Source: Pseudobdellovibrionaceae bacterium (lineage in GTDB: Bacteria > Bdellovibrionota > Bdellovibrionia > Bdellovibrionales > UBA1609). Taken from it: a stretch of 62,694 nucleotides of DNA. Below, in pieces: positions 30,917-40,536 of this stretch (position 1 is the first letter of the stretch; every line of letters starts with the position of its first letter). The translations under genes were made by a program, and so were the position numbers. The notes below the pieces were generated by a model that was not told the origin of the DNA, made no database searches, and saw only the letters and a list, made by a program, of their open reading frames with translations. The stretch spans positions 1 to 62,694 of the forward strand of contig JAUVAX010000011.1 of assembly GCA_030591685.1 (NCBI GenBank), in the 5' to 3' direction.

Positions 30917-33310
30917 ATGAACCTTTTTATTACAAGATTTAAAAGAGATATCTCAGGCGTGGCCTGGTTGTCTATGGGATTGTTTTTAGCTCTTGCGCTT
31001 TATAGCTTTGACCCATTAGACCCGTCATTTAATTCTATTGGTCGGTCCTTATCGGTTACAAATTTTTGCGGCTATGTGGGGTCGTTTATTTCTGATGCCC
31101 TATATCAATTTATGGGTCTGACCTCTTGGGTCTTGGTAATCGCTCTGTTTAGGGTGTCGCACCGTAGCTTTTTAGGAGCCAGGCTTAAACTAAAGGGCTT
31201 AAGAGTTTTATGGGCATCACTGCTTATTTTAACAGTGTCCAGTTTGCTAGAGCTTCACTTTCCTGAAACAAAATTTTTTAGTGGGCAAATAACAACAGGA
31301 GGGTTAATAGGCGTTGTTGTCAGCAAGCTTTTGGTTCAGATGTTTAATGTTTATGGCGTGTCGGTTATATTATGGTCCTCGGCCCTTATACTTTTAGTCT
31401 TTTACACAGAGAGGCCGATAAAAGAACTCATATTGATGCCTTATGATGTGGTTAAAAGTATTTATTATCTCTATCAAGACACATATGCAGGGGAATGGAT
31501 CAAAGAGGCCATCAGGGGGTGTGGAGAATTGTTTAGAAAAATTCCCATTAGACGATTGGCCCATCAGGTGACAGCGGGGGGCTTAAAAAACACACAAAAA
31601 TCGGAAGCTTTGTCAGAAGGAGCCACTTTTTTTAAAATCAAAAAAGAGGAAGATTTAGATTTAAAAAATGAAGCCGCAAGCTCTCCAGAAAGTGAAGCGC
31701 AATATAGCATAGATTTTGATTTGGAGAAAAAAGAGAGCGAGGAGCAAAGAAAATCACAAAAAAGAAAAGTTCACCTTAAGGCTAAGGTTTCTCGCCATGT
31801 AGAAAACTGGGAGTTACCGAAGCTGTCAACTCTTGAGGACCCGCCTCTAGAAAGAAAGCGGGTTGATGAAAAAGAAATCCGTATAAAGTCAGAACTACTT
31901 GTTGATAAGTTGGCGCAATTTAATGTGGGGGGCAAGGTCGTGGGTATAAAACCAGGGCCCGCCGTTACCATGTTTGAGTTTAAACCAAATATAGACGTAA
32001 AAATTTCTAAAATAACAGAGCTGGCCGATGATTTATGCTTAGCTCTAAGCAGTGAATCGGTGAGAATCATAGCTCCAATACCGGGAAGAGATGTTGTCGG
32101 AATAGAGACCTCTAACTCTCACCAAGAAACGGTTTACCTTAAGGACATTATCGCAGAGGAGTCCTTTTGGGATGAAGACTGTAGAATCCCCATACCCCTT
32201 GGTCGTCAAGCCGACGGCGACCCAAAGGTTGTTGATTTAAGAAAAATGCCTCATTTGTTAGTTGCCGGGACAACAGGGTCGGGTAAGTCAGTATTTGTGG
32301 TGTCTACTCTTGTTGCTCTTTTATTTAAGCACTCTCCTAAAACATTAAGGTTAATACTTATAGACCCAAAGCAGGTAGATTTAGCGGTGTTCAATAGTGT
32401 CCCTCATCTGCTTATGCCTCCCATTTGTGAGCCCAAAAAAGCAGTCGTGGCCTTAAGGTGGTCTATCCGCGAAATGGAAAAGCGATACAGATCAATGGCA
32501 AAATTTGGGGCGCGTGATTTGGAGTCTTATAACGAAAAGATTATGGTTTTAGATAAGGCTCAAAAAGAAGAACACCGGTTAATCAACGAGCAATTTGAGG
32601 AAGAAAACAAAAGCAATCAAACCTACTACTATGAATATCAGCCCCTTATAGTTTTAGTTATAGAAGAGTTTGGTGATTTAATGGCCGTTGATAAACAAAA
32701 TGTTGAACATGGTGTTGTGAGGTTGGCTCAGATGGCAAGAGCAAGTGGTATACATTTAATTTTAGCCATGCAGTCCCCGAGAAAAGACGTTGTGACAGGC
32801 CTTATAAAAACAAACATTCCGGGACGAATTAGTTTTAAGGTCGCAAGCAAGCTGGATAGTCGAGTGATTTTAGATGAGTCTGGAGCGGAGAGGCTTTTGG
32901 CTCGAGGAGACATGCTTTTTCTAGCTCCAGGGGTTTCAAAACCGGGTCGGCACCATGGTGCGTGGCTGAGTGAGAGTGAAATTACTGAGGTCGTTCAAAA
33001 GTGGTCTAGTCAGGGGGAGCCAGAGTATGACCCCCTAGCCATGAGGGCTCTTGAGGGATCAGGAGGGGGCTTTGATTTAAGCCCTGAGTCGACAGAAGAA
33101 GACGAAGAGTACGACGAGCGTTATGATGAAATTTTATCGTGGGCGTCAGAGCAAAAAACGGTAAGTGCCTCATTAATTCAGAGAAAATTTAGATTAGGAT
33201 ATCCTCGGGCGGCAAGGTTGATTGAGGTTATGGAGACAGAGGGTGTCGTGGGGCCATCTAACGGGTCTAAACCCCGCGAGGTGTTAATTTCAAGTTATCA
33301 AGAGGCTTAA
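30917..33310 (+). CDS. ftsK: DNA translocase FtsK
   Basis: 4TM N-domain, PHLLVAGTTGSGKS, RLAQMARASGIHL, GAE.LL.RGDM, gamma domain IQRKFRLGYPRAAR. Confidence 0.98.
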   Translation: MNLFITRFKRDISGVAWLSMGLFLALALYSFDPLDPSFNSIGRSLSVTNFCGYVGSFISDALYQFMGLTSWVLVIALFRVSHRSFLGARLKLKGLRVLWASLLILTVSSLLELHFPETKFFSGQITTGGLIGVVVSKLLVQMFNVYGVSVILWSSALILLVFYTERPIKELILMPYDVVKSIYYLYQDTYAGEWIKEAIRGCGELFRKIPIRRLAHQVTAGGLKNTQKSEALSEGATFFKIKKEEDLDLKNEAASSPESEAQYSIDFDLEKKESEEQRKSQKRKVHLKAKVSRHVENWELPKLSTLEDPPLERKRVDEKEIRIKSELLVDKLAQFNVGGKVVGIKPGPAVTMFEFKPNIDVKISKITELADDLCLALSSESVRIIAPIPGRDVVGIETSNSHQETVYLKDIIAEESFWDEDCRIPIPLGRQADGDPKVVDLRKMPHLLVAGTTGSGKSVFVVSTLVALLFKHSPKTLRLILIDPKQVDLAVFNSVPHLLMPPICEPKKAVVALRWSIREMEKRYRSMAKFGARDLESYNEKIMVLDKAQKEEHRLINEQFEEENKSNQTYYYEYQPLIVLVIEEFGDLMAVDKQNVEHGVVRLAQMARASGIHLILAMQSPRKDVVTGLIKTNIPGRISFKVASKLDSRVILDESGAERLLARGDMLFLAPGVSKPGRHHGAWLSESEITEVVQKWSSQGEPEYDPLAMRALEGSGGGFDLSPESTEEDEEYDERYDEILSWASEQKTVSASLIQRKFRLGYPRAARLIEVMETEGVVGPSNGSKPREVLISSYQEA

Positions 33311-33463
33311 GAGCCCTGAGAGTTAAAAAATCAAATATTAATTCACAATGATGACGAACCTGCACAGGGCGCAACATGATGCGAGACCCCGAAAAACCTG
33401 GACTTGATGAGGGGGCGGCATTTGTGATGAGCTTACGTGTAACTCAACAACAGGAGAATTTAT

Positions 33464-34027
33464 ATGAGATTAATTTCTGCACTGACAACGGTTTTATTTA
33501 GCTTATCTGTGTTTGCTCATGACATGCAAATGACTCAGCCCTTGGTTGATATGGTGGGATCACAGCCGATAGTTTTGGCGCCCAATTGGAAAGTGGGGGA
33601 CGAGGCTGACTACTCTATTAATATGGGTTTTATAAAAGGCTCTATGCATTCGTTTATTCGCGAAGAGGTTTATGAGGGGCTCTGGTTTCAGCAAGACATG
33701 GATTTAGGCATTGCTGGAAAGCAAAAAGTAGAAATTTTAATAGATAAAAACTCAGGAGAAATTTTACAACTACTAGTTAATGGCGAGAAAAAAGAAATCC
33801 CAGACGGTGGAAACCAAGAGGTTATAGAAATGGAAGAGGCTCAGGTGACTGTGCCCGCAGGGACTTTTGACTGTGTTTATGTGAAAATTCGAGACACTAA
33901 AGAAAATAAAGACTCTGAAGCTTGGATCAACCCTTCTGAGATACCTGTAATGGGGCTATTAAAGCAGGTTGCCCCTGGACCGTTTGGTGAAGTTGTTGTA
34001 GAACTGACGGGCTATGATAAAAAATAA
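33464..34027 (+). CDS. Secreted acidic beta-rich protein (DUF3108-like)
   Basis: AGGAG RBS, signal peptide (VFA|H), VTVPAGTFDC motif. Confidence 0.75.
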   Translation: MRLISALTTVLFSLSVFAHDMQMTQPLVDMVGSQPIVLAPNWKVGDEADYSINMGFIKGSMHSFIREEVYEGLWFQQDMDLGIAGKQKVEILIDKNSGEILQLLVNGEKKEIPDGGNQEVIEMEEAQVTVPAGTFDCVYVKIRDTKENKDSEAWINPSEIPVMGLLKQVAPGPFGEVVVELTGYDKK

Positions 34028-34892
34028 AACACAATTTCTGTTAACAATTAAAAAGGCAGCTCTTATTGGAGTTGCCTTTTTTTTATTACTACCCATAGCC
34101 CAAGCAAGTAAAAAAAATAGAATCATAAAGAGTTCACAAGAGTTCTTTAGCAAGGGTCAGCGAAAAGCCTCTATTGAAGTCATAGTCAAAGCCCTTAAAA
34201 ACCAAGTCTTTAACAAAGCAGACTCAAAAGCACTTTTGGAGGCTCTAAGCCGAAGCTCATTAATGTTTTATACCGAAAAAGCAATGAAGAAGCACAGTCT
34301 GGCAAAGTCTGTTTTAGCTTCAGATACTCAACTTGCAAAACTTATTTTAAAAGAGGCCCTTCTTTTGGAGCCCAATAATTTAAGTATTGAGCAGTTAATG
34401 ATAAAACAACACCTTATCAGCAGAGAGTGCCGAAAGGCAAAAATGGTTTCAAGCGAGGTGTTGTCAACGAACCCTTTTGCAAAAAAGGTCCTCCTGTACG
34501 CCCAATACGCGAATATTTGCTTGGAAAATTTTAGTGAAATCAACAGGTTATTGAAGGTCAAGAGGTCTTCGTTTGCGCGATCCGATCGAAATCACCTAAG
34601 GGCTCTAATGGCCCTAAAGGCCCAGAGCAAAAAAGATGCGAAGCAGTACATACAGCGGTTTGGCGGCAGTAAAGATCTCATTTTAACAGAGGCCTTGGCT
34701 TGGTTGTCTCAGGAGAAGGAACTTAAAAAAGCCCAGAGGGCCCGGTTTTTACTAAAATCATGTGAAAGCGAAAAAGATGTGAAAAATAAAATATTAAATG
34801 TTTACGTTTGCGAGTATGTTGGGTCTATTGAGGCTGACCTTAAGGGTGTGATTAAAAAAGAGAGTCTAGATGAAACTACGAAACTTAAGTAA
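34014..34892 (+). CDS. Exported basic helical (TPR-like) hypothetical protein
   Basis: 292-aa ORF, signal-like N-terminus (AQA|S), LKEALLLEPNN TPR-like segment. Confidence 0.65.
   Translation: MIKNKTQFLLTIKKAALIGVAFFLLLPIAQASKKNRIIKSSQEFFSKGQRKASIEVIVKALKNQVFNKADSKALLEALSRSSLMFYTEKAMKKHSLAKSVLASDTQLAKLILKEALLLEPNNLSIEQLMIKQHLISRECRKAKMVSSEVLSTNPFAKKVLLYAQYANICLENFSEINRLLKVKRSSFARSDRNHLRALMALKAQSKKDAKQYIQRFGGSKDLILTEALAWLSQEKELKKAQRARFLLKSCESEKDVKNKILNVYVCEYVGSIEADLKGVIKKESLDETTKLK
34050..34084 (+). terminator. Intrinsic terminator-like hairpin inside the start of the next ORF
   Basis: GGCAGCTC-TTATTG-GAGTTGCC followed by T8. Confidence 0.75.
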
Positions 34893-35079
34893 AGAATTTT
34901 TTTTATTAGCAATAGCTTGTCAGATAATAGGGTGTGGGGTTCGAGGTGATCCTCGACCGCCGTTTCGTTCACCCCAAATAGGCCGAGGAAAGGCCACCTT
35001 TAGAAAAGTGGGAGAAGAGTTAAATATTAAGGTTAAAAAAAGCAAAAAGCAAAAAGAGGAGCAAAATGAAAAGCTTTGA
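34870..35079 (+). CDS. Small lipoprotein, LptM/YifL-like
   Basis: Lipobox IIGC followed by GVRGDPRPP (compare CGxKGPLxxP). Confidence 0.65.
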   Translation: MKLRNLSKEFFLLAIACQIIGCGVRGDPRPPFRSPQIGRGKATFRKVGEELNIKVKKSKKQKEEQNEKL

Positions 35080-35944
35080 CGGAGTCTTTACAGCCCTGAT
35101 AACGCCATTTGAGCATGGCGAGGTTGATTTAGATTCATTTAGAAGGCTCGTTCGCCACCAAGTGAACGCAGGAACACAAAAGTTTGTTATTAATGGCACA
35201 ACGGCAGAGAGCCCCACATTAACATGGAGCGAGGTGGTGCGAATCTTTGAAGCGGCCAGAGACGAAGTCGGAGACGAGGGCGTTTTAATTGTCGGCACAG
35301 GTTCAAATAATACAAAAAACACAGTAGAGGCAACACTCAGGGCCAGAGATTTAGGGGCTGATGGAGCGCTCGTTGTATGCCCTTACTACAATAAGCCCAC
35401 AGTGGAGGGGCTAAGGCAGCATTTTCTAGCCGCGGCTAATAGCTCTGATTTGCCGATAGTTCTTTATAATGTTCCGGGGAGAACAATTACAAAAATACCG
35501 AGCCAACTGATCGTTGAGCTCTCTTCACATAAAAATATTGTTGGTGTTAAAGAGGCCAGCGGAAACATCGCAAGAGGCGAGGGTCTTATAAAGGCCTGTG
35601 GTAAAGATTTTATTGTCACAAGTGGGGATGACGGAACGTGCTTTGAGTTAGCCAGCAAAGGCGGCAGCGGGGTTATTTCGGTAATGAGCCATATACTACC
35701 CTCTGAAACAGTCGAGTGGATGCAGCGATCTCGCGAGGGGGACCCTTCTGTGACAGGGGACTTCGAGGCCTATAGAAGCCTCGTCGAGGCCCTCTACTGC
35801 GAGCCGAACCCTATTCCGGTAAAAATGGCACTTTATTTAATGAATATTATTAAGACTCCAGACTTGCGCTTGCCAATGGTTCAAATGAGCGCAGAGGGCA
35901 CGAGCTTATTAAAGCAAAACATGCAGCAACTCGAATTAATTTAG
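35066..35944 (+). CDS. dapA: 4-hydroxy-tetrahydrodipicolinate synthase
   Basis: TALITPF, GTTAESPTL, PYYNKP, LYNVPGRT, GVKEA, NPIPVK. Confidence 0.98.
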   Translation: MKSFDGVFTALITPFEHGEVDLDSFRRLVRHQVNAGTQKFVINGTTAESPTLTWSEVVRIFEAARDEVGDEGVLIVGTGSNNTKNTVEATLRARDLGADGALVVCPYYNKPTVEGLRQHFLAAANSSDLPIVLYNVPGRTITKIPSQLIVELSSHKNIVGVKEASGNIARGEGLIKACGKDFIVTSGDDGTCFELASKGGSGVISVMSHILPSETVEWMQRSREGDPSVTGDFEAYRSLVEALYCEPNPIPVKMALYLMNIIKTPDLRLPMVQMSAEGTSLLKQNMQQLELI

Positions 35945-35955
35945 AGGATTAGAAC

Positions 35956-36651
35956 ATGGCAATAAATGTATTTTTATCTGGTTGTAGTGGTCGAATGGGA
36001 GAGCAAATAAAAGCTCTTATTAAGGCCACCCCTGAAGAGTGGACGTATTCTTTTGGTTTATCACGAGAACCTAAAGAAAAAAACGAGGCCACTAAAATTT
36101 TAGACAGTGAGGCCAAAGAATCAAACATCGTCATTGATTTTAGCTCCCCCGAGGGTTTTGAGACTTCACTTAACTGGGCTGTTTCAAACAATAAGCCCTT
36201 TTTGAGCGGCACAACGGGCCTTTCAAAAAAACAAGAGGGATTGCTCCAAGAGGCTGCTGAGAAAATACCAGTTTTGCTTTCGGCCAATACAAGCTTGGGC
36301 GTAAATTTTGTTAACAAGCTGTTAAAAAGCTCAGGGGCATTAAAGGAGTTCGACTTTCAAATTGTAGAAACTCATCATAATAAAAAACTCGATGCGCCGA
36401 GCGGTACGGCTAAATTATTACAAAAAACTTTAAATGAAGTGCTTAAAAAGGATATCCCAGAGCCGTTGTCTATTCGAGGAGGGGGCGTTTTTGGGGAACA
36501 CGAGGTGTTGATTATGTCTGACGAAGAGGTCATTACAATTAAGCACACAGCACTTAATCGTACTGTTTTTGCCAAAGGAGCCTTGTTTGCCGCCAAATGG
36601 CTGAGCGCTCAGAGCAAGGGGTATTACTCTATGTCGGATGTTTTTAGGTAA
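35956..36651 (+). CDS. dapB: 4-hydroxy-tetrahydrodipicolinate reductase
   Basis: GCSGRMG, IDFS, GTTG, ETHHNKKLDAPSGTA, FAKGA. Confidence 0.97.
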   Translation: MAINVFLSGCSGRMGEQIKALIKATPEEWTYSFGLSREPKEKNEATKILDSEAKESNIVIDFSSPEGFETSLNWAVSNNKPFLSGTTGLSKKQEGLLQEAAEKIPVLLSANTSLGVNFVNKLLKSSGALKEFDFQIVETHHNKKLDAPSGTAKLLQKTLNEVLKKDIPEPLSIRGGGVFGEHEVLIMSDEEVITIKHTALNRTVFAKGALFAAKWLSAQSKGYYSMSDVFR

Positions 36652-36659
36652 GAAAAGCT

Positions 36660-37193
36660 ATGGAAGAGCATAAATGTTTAATTTCTGTGATGGTTTTTTC
36701 AAGAGATGGTGAAAAAATATTAAAAGAAATTTGCAAACAATTTAAAAGTGATTTTGACCTGATAAAGTGCTCAGATGTGTATTTGGTTAAAGGAAAACAC
36801 AGCAAAAGCGAGACCCTACATGATATAGTGACCGAAGACAGTTATATTGGGCTGAGCATGAGTTTTGCTGCCAGAACTGTACTTGAGCCGGAGCTGGCAT
36901 TAAAATTTCTAGAAAACATAGAGTTATTGTTTAAAAACCCTGCGCAAAAAAGGACTGTGAGCTTAAATTTGCTCGCTTTTGATGATAATACAAAAATGAC
37001 ACCTCGCCTTGTGCTCCCTCACCCCTCATTGCACCTGCAGCCAGAGCTTTTAGTGCCTGCAGCGGATGTTTGGCCGGAATATTACCATCCAGTTTTAAAA
37101 CAAAGCCTAATAGGGCTGCTAAAAGGGGTCCAAACCGTGGGTTGGGGAGAGTTTTATGCCCCAGCAAAAAGCGTACTTGATTTTTCGAATTAA
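36660..37193 (+). CDS. FolK/HPPK-fold protein with degenerate active site
   Basis: L..L..IE, RTVSLNLL (compare RxxDLDIL), LVLPHP, LVP..DV.P...HP. Confidence 0.75.
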   Translation: MEEHKCLISVMVFSRDGEKILKEICKQFKSDFDLIKCSDVYLVKGKHSKSETLHDIVTEDSYIGLSMSFAARTVLEPELALKFLENIELLFKNPAQKRTVSLNLLAFDDNTKMTPRLVLPHPSLHLQPELLVPAADVWPEYYHPVLKQSLIGLLKGVQTVGWGEFYAPAKSVLDFSN

Positions 37194-37233
37194 GGGGAAT
37201 AAACAAGAGAGCATCTATTGAAGGAGAGACTAA

Positions 37234-37878
37234 ATGCAATTTTATATTGATACTGCGGACATTAACGAAATACGCGAAGCTAACCAAATGGGAATACTTG
37301 ATGGTGTGACTACAAATCCCACATTGGTAGCAAAAACAGGAAAATCAAACAAAGACGTAATTAAAGAAATATGCGCAGAAATCCCAGGGCTGGTTTCAGC
37401 TGAGGTGATTAGCTTAGAAGCCGATAAAATGTTTAAAGAGGGCCTAGAGCTTGCGAAAATAGCAGACAATGTTGTTGTAAAAGTCCCCATGTGTGAAGAA
37501 GCCCTCAAGGCGGTTAAAATGTTCACAGCAGAGGGTGTTAAAACAAACGTAACCCTTATTTTTTCACCACTTCAGGCCTTGCTGGTAGCAAAAGCTGGAG
37601 CCACACTGATGTCACCTTTTGTAGGTCGGCTTGATGATATAAGTACAGACGGGATGGGGTTAATTGCACAAATTAACCAGATCACTCAAACCTATGGTTT
37701 TTCAACCAAAACCCTTGTGGCTAGTATTAGACATCCATTGCATGTGCTAGACTCGGCATTAGTCGGGGCAGACATAGTGACGGTGCCGTTAAAAGTAATT
37801 AAACAGCTAGCCAAACATCCCTTAACAGACAGCGGAATCGCTCAATTCTTGAAAGATGCTGAGAAGCTGCCACAATAG
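37234..37878 (+). CDS. tal: Transaldolase (FSA/TalC family)
   Basis: IDTA, GVTTNP, SAEV (Glu), VVKVP, SPFVGR (Phe indicates transaldolase type). Confidence 0.93.
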   Translation: MQFYIDTADINEIREANQMGILDGVTTNPTLVAKTGKSNKDVIKEICAEIPGLVSAEVISLEADKMFKEGLELAKIADNVVVKVPMCEEALKAVKMFTAEGVKTNVTLIFSPLQALLVAKAGATLMSPFVGRLDDISTDGMGLIAQINQITQTYGFSTKTLVASIRHPLHVLDSALVGADIVTVPLKVIKQLAKHPLTDSGIAQFLKDAEKLPQ

Positions 37879-37883
37879 GTGGT

Positions 37884-38336
37884 ATGAAAAGAACGATTTA
37901 TTTATTTCTATTATTTGCTCTCGTTGGCTGCGCGACAGGTTCGGTGGCCTTAGTTGATCTTAATTTAAACTTAGGCAGAATTAAAGCTGCTGTTGAGAGA
38001 GCAATGCCTAAAGGGGTTCGCTTTGTCAGTGAAAACGGCAGAGAGTATCGCTCTAATTATTTTCTTAAAATAGGCAAGCGGCTACAAAACGCGAAAACGT
38101 TTTCTCGCAGAGAGTTTGCGCGAGTATTAGTCCTGGGTGATAAGCGACCTTATAAGGTAAAAATAGATATAATTAGGGAAAAGCGCACAAGCAGCAAAGG
38201 GAGCGTTGTTCCAACCTATGCGCGCACAGGACTCAACAAGCCCATGGCAGCGGTCATGGGCCGAAAAATCATGAAAATCCTCTCCAAACGTCGCAATGGG
38301 GCAAACTCCGTTGACGCCTTTGAGCCATTTAAATAA
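37884..38336 (+). CDS. Basic hypothetical lipoprotein
   Basis: Lipobox LVGC after hydrophobic leader; AGGTGG RBS. Confidence 0.75.
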   Translation: MKRTIYLFLLFALVGCATGSVALVDLNLNLGRIKAAVERAMPKGVRFVSENGREYRSNYFLKIGKRLQNAKTFSRREFARVLVLGDKRPYKVKIDIIREKRTSSKGSVVPTYARTGLNKPMAAVMGRKIMKILSKRRNGANSVDAFEPFK

Positions 38337-38412
38337 GCTTTATAATATAGGCGATAAGACTAGCTTTTTATGAAAAATCGTCAAAAACAAAAACCATGAA
38401 GGATCACGGGTT

Positions 38413-40536
38413 TTGAGAAAACGCATAAAACAGGGATTGTTTTTTTTAAGTGTTTTTGGGCTGTTGTTAGCAACAGGCGTGTATCCTGCGAAAATTTCAA
38501 AAAGCTCCTATTCGGGAGTGGCCTCGGTTATTAAAATTAAATCTAAACGAGTGAGCCCGGCGTTTTCAGCGTTTGAAGACCTCTATGATGTTGTTCAATC
38601 AGACAAAGAGATGGTGCCAATTAAGCAAGAAAAGATAATTTTAATTTCAGGACTTAGATCAAATGCGTTTAAAAAAATAGTAGCTAAAAAAATTGAAGAT
38701 AATAGAAACTTTTTTAAAGTAGCTAACGCCTCGAAGTATAAAATGTTAAGAGGCGTTAGGGTGCCTTCAAGGGTTGAATACTCTCGCGCATCCGAGGATC
38801 AATGGTTAGCGGATAATTTAATTAAGGACGACAAAAGCACTAATTATTTAGAGGAGAGCACAGCAAAAGTTCAAAAACAAAACATTAGAAAAATTTATAC
38901 TCAAATGGGAGCCCCAATAATTATTGCAAGTCATAACGTTGTTGAGCCCACGCTAGCGAGAGGCCGCTACCCAGGGCCGCCCCCCAGAGACCCTATAGGG
39001 AGAAGAGGACCTCAAAACAATCAAGAGGATAAAGGATCAGGTGCCCCAGAAATTGAGCAGGACTCTTTGCCGGTAACTATAGCCTCTTCAGATTTTATAG
39101 CTTCAGGGGCAACAGATACAGAAGTGGTCCTCTCAGGAGAGGTACAAATAGAAGAGGGACTCCCCTTTGTGCCCAGCGAGATGTATTTTAAAGTCGTCTG
39201 GAGTCGGAACAATGTAGACGTTCAATATGGTGAGGTTAATAGCGAGTTGGCAACGTTTACTCTGCCTGTGACAGAGAAGGCAGGGGTTGTTTTTGTAGAG
39301 CTATGGAGCCATGAGGGCTTTCTTGTGGGGCTTGGAGAGTTAAACTTAGCGGACACAAAAAGCTTAAAAGAGACTTTAAAAATAAGCGTATATCCCGTTT
39401 CAGAAGAACTAACAGCAGCATTAGTGACTTTAGGTACGGAGCCAAGACCATTTAAAGGTCAAAGCGTAGAGGCGAGAATTTTAGGAAAAAGTACGGGGGA
39501 AATAAGCCTAGAGAAATCAACGATAAAGCTCACAGGGTTTCATAAAAACTCAACCGTACCCATACAGGTAATAGCAGAAGGTCACTGGGGATCTGTGGCA
39601 TCGTTAATGTCTACACGGGGGCAGAGAGTTAAAATGTACCCAGAAAAAACAATGAAGGCTCTAATAGGCCTTACAGTGGGAGACCGATTTTATGATGAAG
39701 CAAAAAAAATGTCGGCAGTGTGGGGGAGAGTTACCCTTGGAGGCGAGCCAGTAAGAGCAGCAACAGTTGAGATTAGCTCTCAGGCGGCGGTGCCTATTTA
39801 TTTTAGTGGATTCGTTCCAAATTCAAAAACTCTTCAAACAACAGATAACGGAAAATATGCAATGCTGTTTGTTGAGCCTGGGCGACACAGGGTTCGAGTT
39901 AAGGTGGGCGATAAATACTATGCGGCTCAACTTGTAGAAACACAAAGAGGATCAGTAACAGAAGTTAATATTGATATAAAGCAAAGCTCGAAATCAAAGA
40001 TAAACATTTATGACGCTTTTACTGGCGAGTATCTCGCTTCGCAGCTTCAAGTTGTTGGAGAGGAAATCGAGCTAAGCTTACCCCAAGGCAGAGGCGAGGT
40101 TTTACTAAGTTCCGATAGAGAGAAGATTGAAATAGATACAGACCCGGGCAAAGAGTATATTTTCACAAGACAGCGAACAGCAAAGCTAAAGCAAATAGAC
40201 ATACCAGGGATTAAAAAATCATGGAAGAAAAAACTATTAATAGAAGCAAAAATAAACATTAGTGATGAGTTAGTCTCAGCTGTTGGTTTTGTAGAGGGTG
40301 AGAAATTTAAGCTAACTCTGCCGAGTGCTGGCCGGGGAGCAAAGGTGGTTTACTTTAACAAAGCAGGAGCGCTTTCAAAAACCCCTCAAGCAAACGGAGG
40401 ATTTGTTGTTGTAAACATGACTCCTGGCGAGCAGCAAATTATCATTGAAGAGCAGCACGGGGAAAAAGTTTTTTCAGACGTCTTTTTAAATGAAGAGGGT
40501 GTTGTTAGCCTTTTGAGGGCTCGACTTGACCCTTAG
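38413..40536 (+). CDS. Large exported beta-rich hypothetical protein (carboxypeptidase-regulatory/Cna-B-like domain)
   Basis: 707 aa, N-terminal TM/signal, GRVTLGGEPVRAATV...TTDNGKY...VEPG.H. Confidence 0.7.
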   Translation: MRKRIKQGLFFLSVFGLLLATGVYPAKISKSSYSGVASVIKIKSKRVSPAFSAFEDLYDVVQSDKEMVPIKQEKIILISGLRSNAFKKIVAKKIEDNRNFFKVANASKYKMLRGVRVPSRVEYSRASEDQWLADNLIKDDKSTNYLEESTAKVQKQNIRKIYTQMGAPIIIASHNVVEPTLARGRYPGPPPRDPIGRRGPQNNQEDKGSGAPEIEQDSLPVTIASSDFIASGATDTEVVLSGEVQIEEGLPFVPSEMYFKVVWSRNNVDVQYGEVNSELATFTLPVTEKAGVVFVELWSHEGFLVGLGELNLADTKSLKETLKISVYPVSEELTAALVTLGTEPRPFKGQSVEARILGKSTGEISLEKSTIKLTGFHKNSTVPIQVIAEGHWGSVASLMSTRGQRVKMYPEKTMKALIGLTVGDRFYDEAKKMSAVWGRVTLGGEPVRAATVEISSQAAVPIYFSGFVPNSKTLQTTDNGKYAMLFVEPGRHRVRVKVGDKYYAAQLVETQRGSVTEVNIDIKQSSKSKINIYDAFTGEYLASQLQVVGEEIELSLPQGRGEVLLSSDREKIEIDTDPGKEYIFTRQRTAKLKQIDIPGIKKSWKKKLLIEAKINISDELVSAVGFVEGEKFKLTLPSAGRGAKVVYFNKAGALSKTPQANGGFVVVNMTPGEQQIIIEEQHGEKVFSDVFLNEEGVVSLLRARLDP

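Noticed and set aside
33387..33415. Hammerhead-like CGAAA...TGATGAG
   Set aside because: Only about 9 nt between the core elements, no room for stems I and III, and the CUGA C is missing
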